Shown piece by piece: positions 63,787 through 64,000 of a DNA stretch of 64,000 nucleotides. Source of the stretch: Candidatus Zhuqueibacterota bacterium (GTDB lineage Bacteria; Zhuqueibacterota; Zhuqueibacteria; Thermofontimicrobiales; Thermofontimicrobiaceae). Numbering within the stretch: the stretch's first letter is position 1; each line of letters begins with the position of its first letter. A program made the position numbers and the translations under genes. The notes under the pieces were generated by a model that saw nothing but the letters and a program-made list of their open reading frames with translations, was not told where the DNA came from and searched no databases. The stretch covers positions 348 to 64,347 of the forward strand of contig JAPDQM010000004.1 in the NCBI GenBank assembly GCA_034505795.1. The letters run 5' to 3'.

Positions 63787-64000
63787 TTATGCGGCACGCG
63801 CTTCGGTTGACTTTTTCATAAACGGCATGCCAAAGGCGTTCAACAATTCGATTCCTTCCTCATCCGTTTTAGCGGTAGTGACGATAGTGATATTCATTCC
63901 GCGAATTTTCTCAATCTTATCATAGTTGATTTCGGGAAACACTATCTGCTCCTTCAATCCCAAATTAAAATTACCTCGACCATCCATCGATCGGTCCGAT
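63787..64000 (-). CDS. rplE: 50S ribosomal protein L5 (C-terminal part; the gene continues beyond the window end)
   Basis: ..[52 protein letters not shown]... The frame is open to base 64000. Confidence 0.93.
   Translation of the reverse strand, partial: SDRSMDGRGNFNLGLKEQIVFPEINYDKIEKIRGMNITIVTTAKTDEEGIELLNAFGMPFMKKSTEARAA

Noticed and set aside
1-64000. A mobile genetic element or genomic island explanation for the cassette block.
   Set aside because: No integrase, transposase, tRNA attachment site or flanking direct repeats are visible. By eye, composition and SD usage look the same as in the adjacent ribosomal operon.

Overview
This 64-kb window looks like it comes from an uncultured FCB-superphylum-type bacterium. 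It has T9SS C-terminal sorting domains, PorV-like barrels and CarboxypepD_reg-type TonB-dependent transporters. Most genes also carry strong GGAGG Shine-Dalgarno sites, so it is probably not Bacteroidia proper; the exact taxon cannot be set from sequence alone. Bases 1-50.6 kb are almost entirely minus-strand and form an outer-membrane and surface-protein island. The island holds five paralogous pairs of a 930-1050 aa TonB-dependent transporter (TBDT) followed directly by a 665 to >926 aa secreted partner protein. The partner has an N-terminal region I cannot assign to any domain, an FN3-like module and a divergent T9SS-like C-terminal domain. Three pairs are followed by a PorV-like beta-barrel gene and two by an IPT/TIG plus beta-propeller lipoprotein gene. 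Between the pairs, at 6-8.7 kb and 15-29 kb, sit large secreted proteins with canonical T9SS sorting domains: FG-GAP/BNR, GHL10 hydrolase-like, Amidase_3, PD40 propeller, golvesin-like and two of unknown function. A metallophosphoesterase-PQQ propeller fusion lies among them. Two unrelated families of perfect palindromic intergenic repeats, partly in short tandem arrays, lie just downstream of stop codons in this block. At 51-54.3 kb there is a plus-strand iron module: a Fur box, fur, feoB and a DtxR-family regulator with a FeoA-like tail. From 54.4 kb to the end is a canonical minus-strand spc/alpha ribosomal cluster (rplE through rplQ, including secY, adk, map, infA, rpmJ and rpoA). I saw no tRNA, rRNA, CRISPR array, transposase or integrase. 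The most interesting candidate is the repeated TBDT + partner (+ PorV-like, + lipoprotein) cassette. It resembles a SusC/SusD-type capture and import system built from different parts. Whether it is novel cannot be confirmed without database searches.
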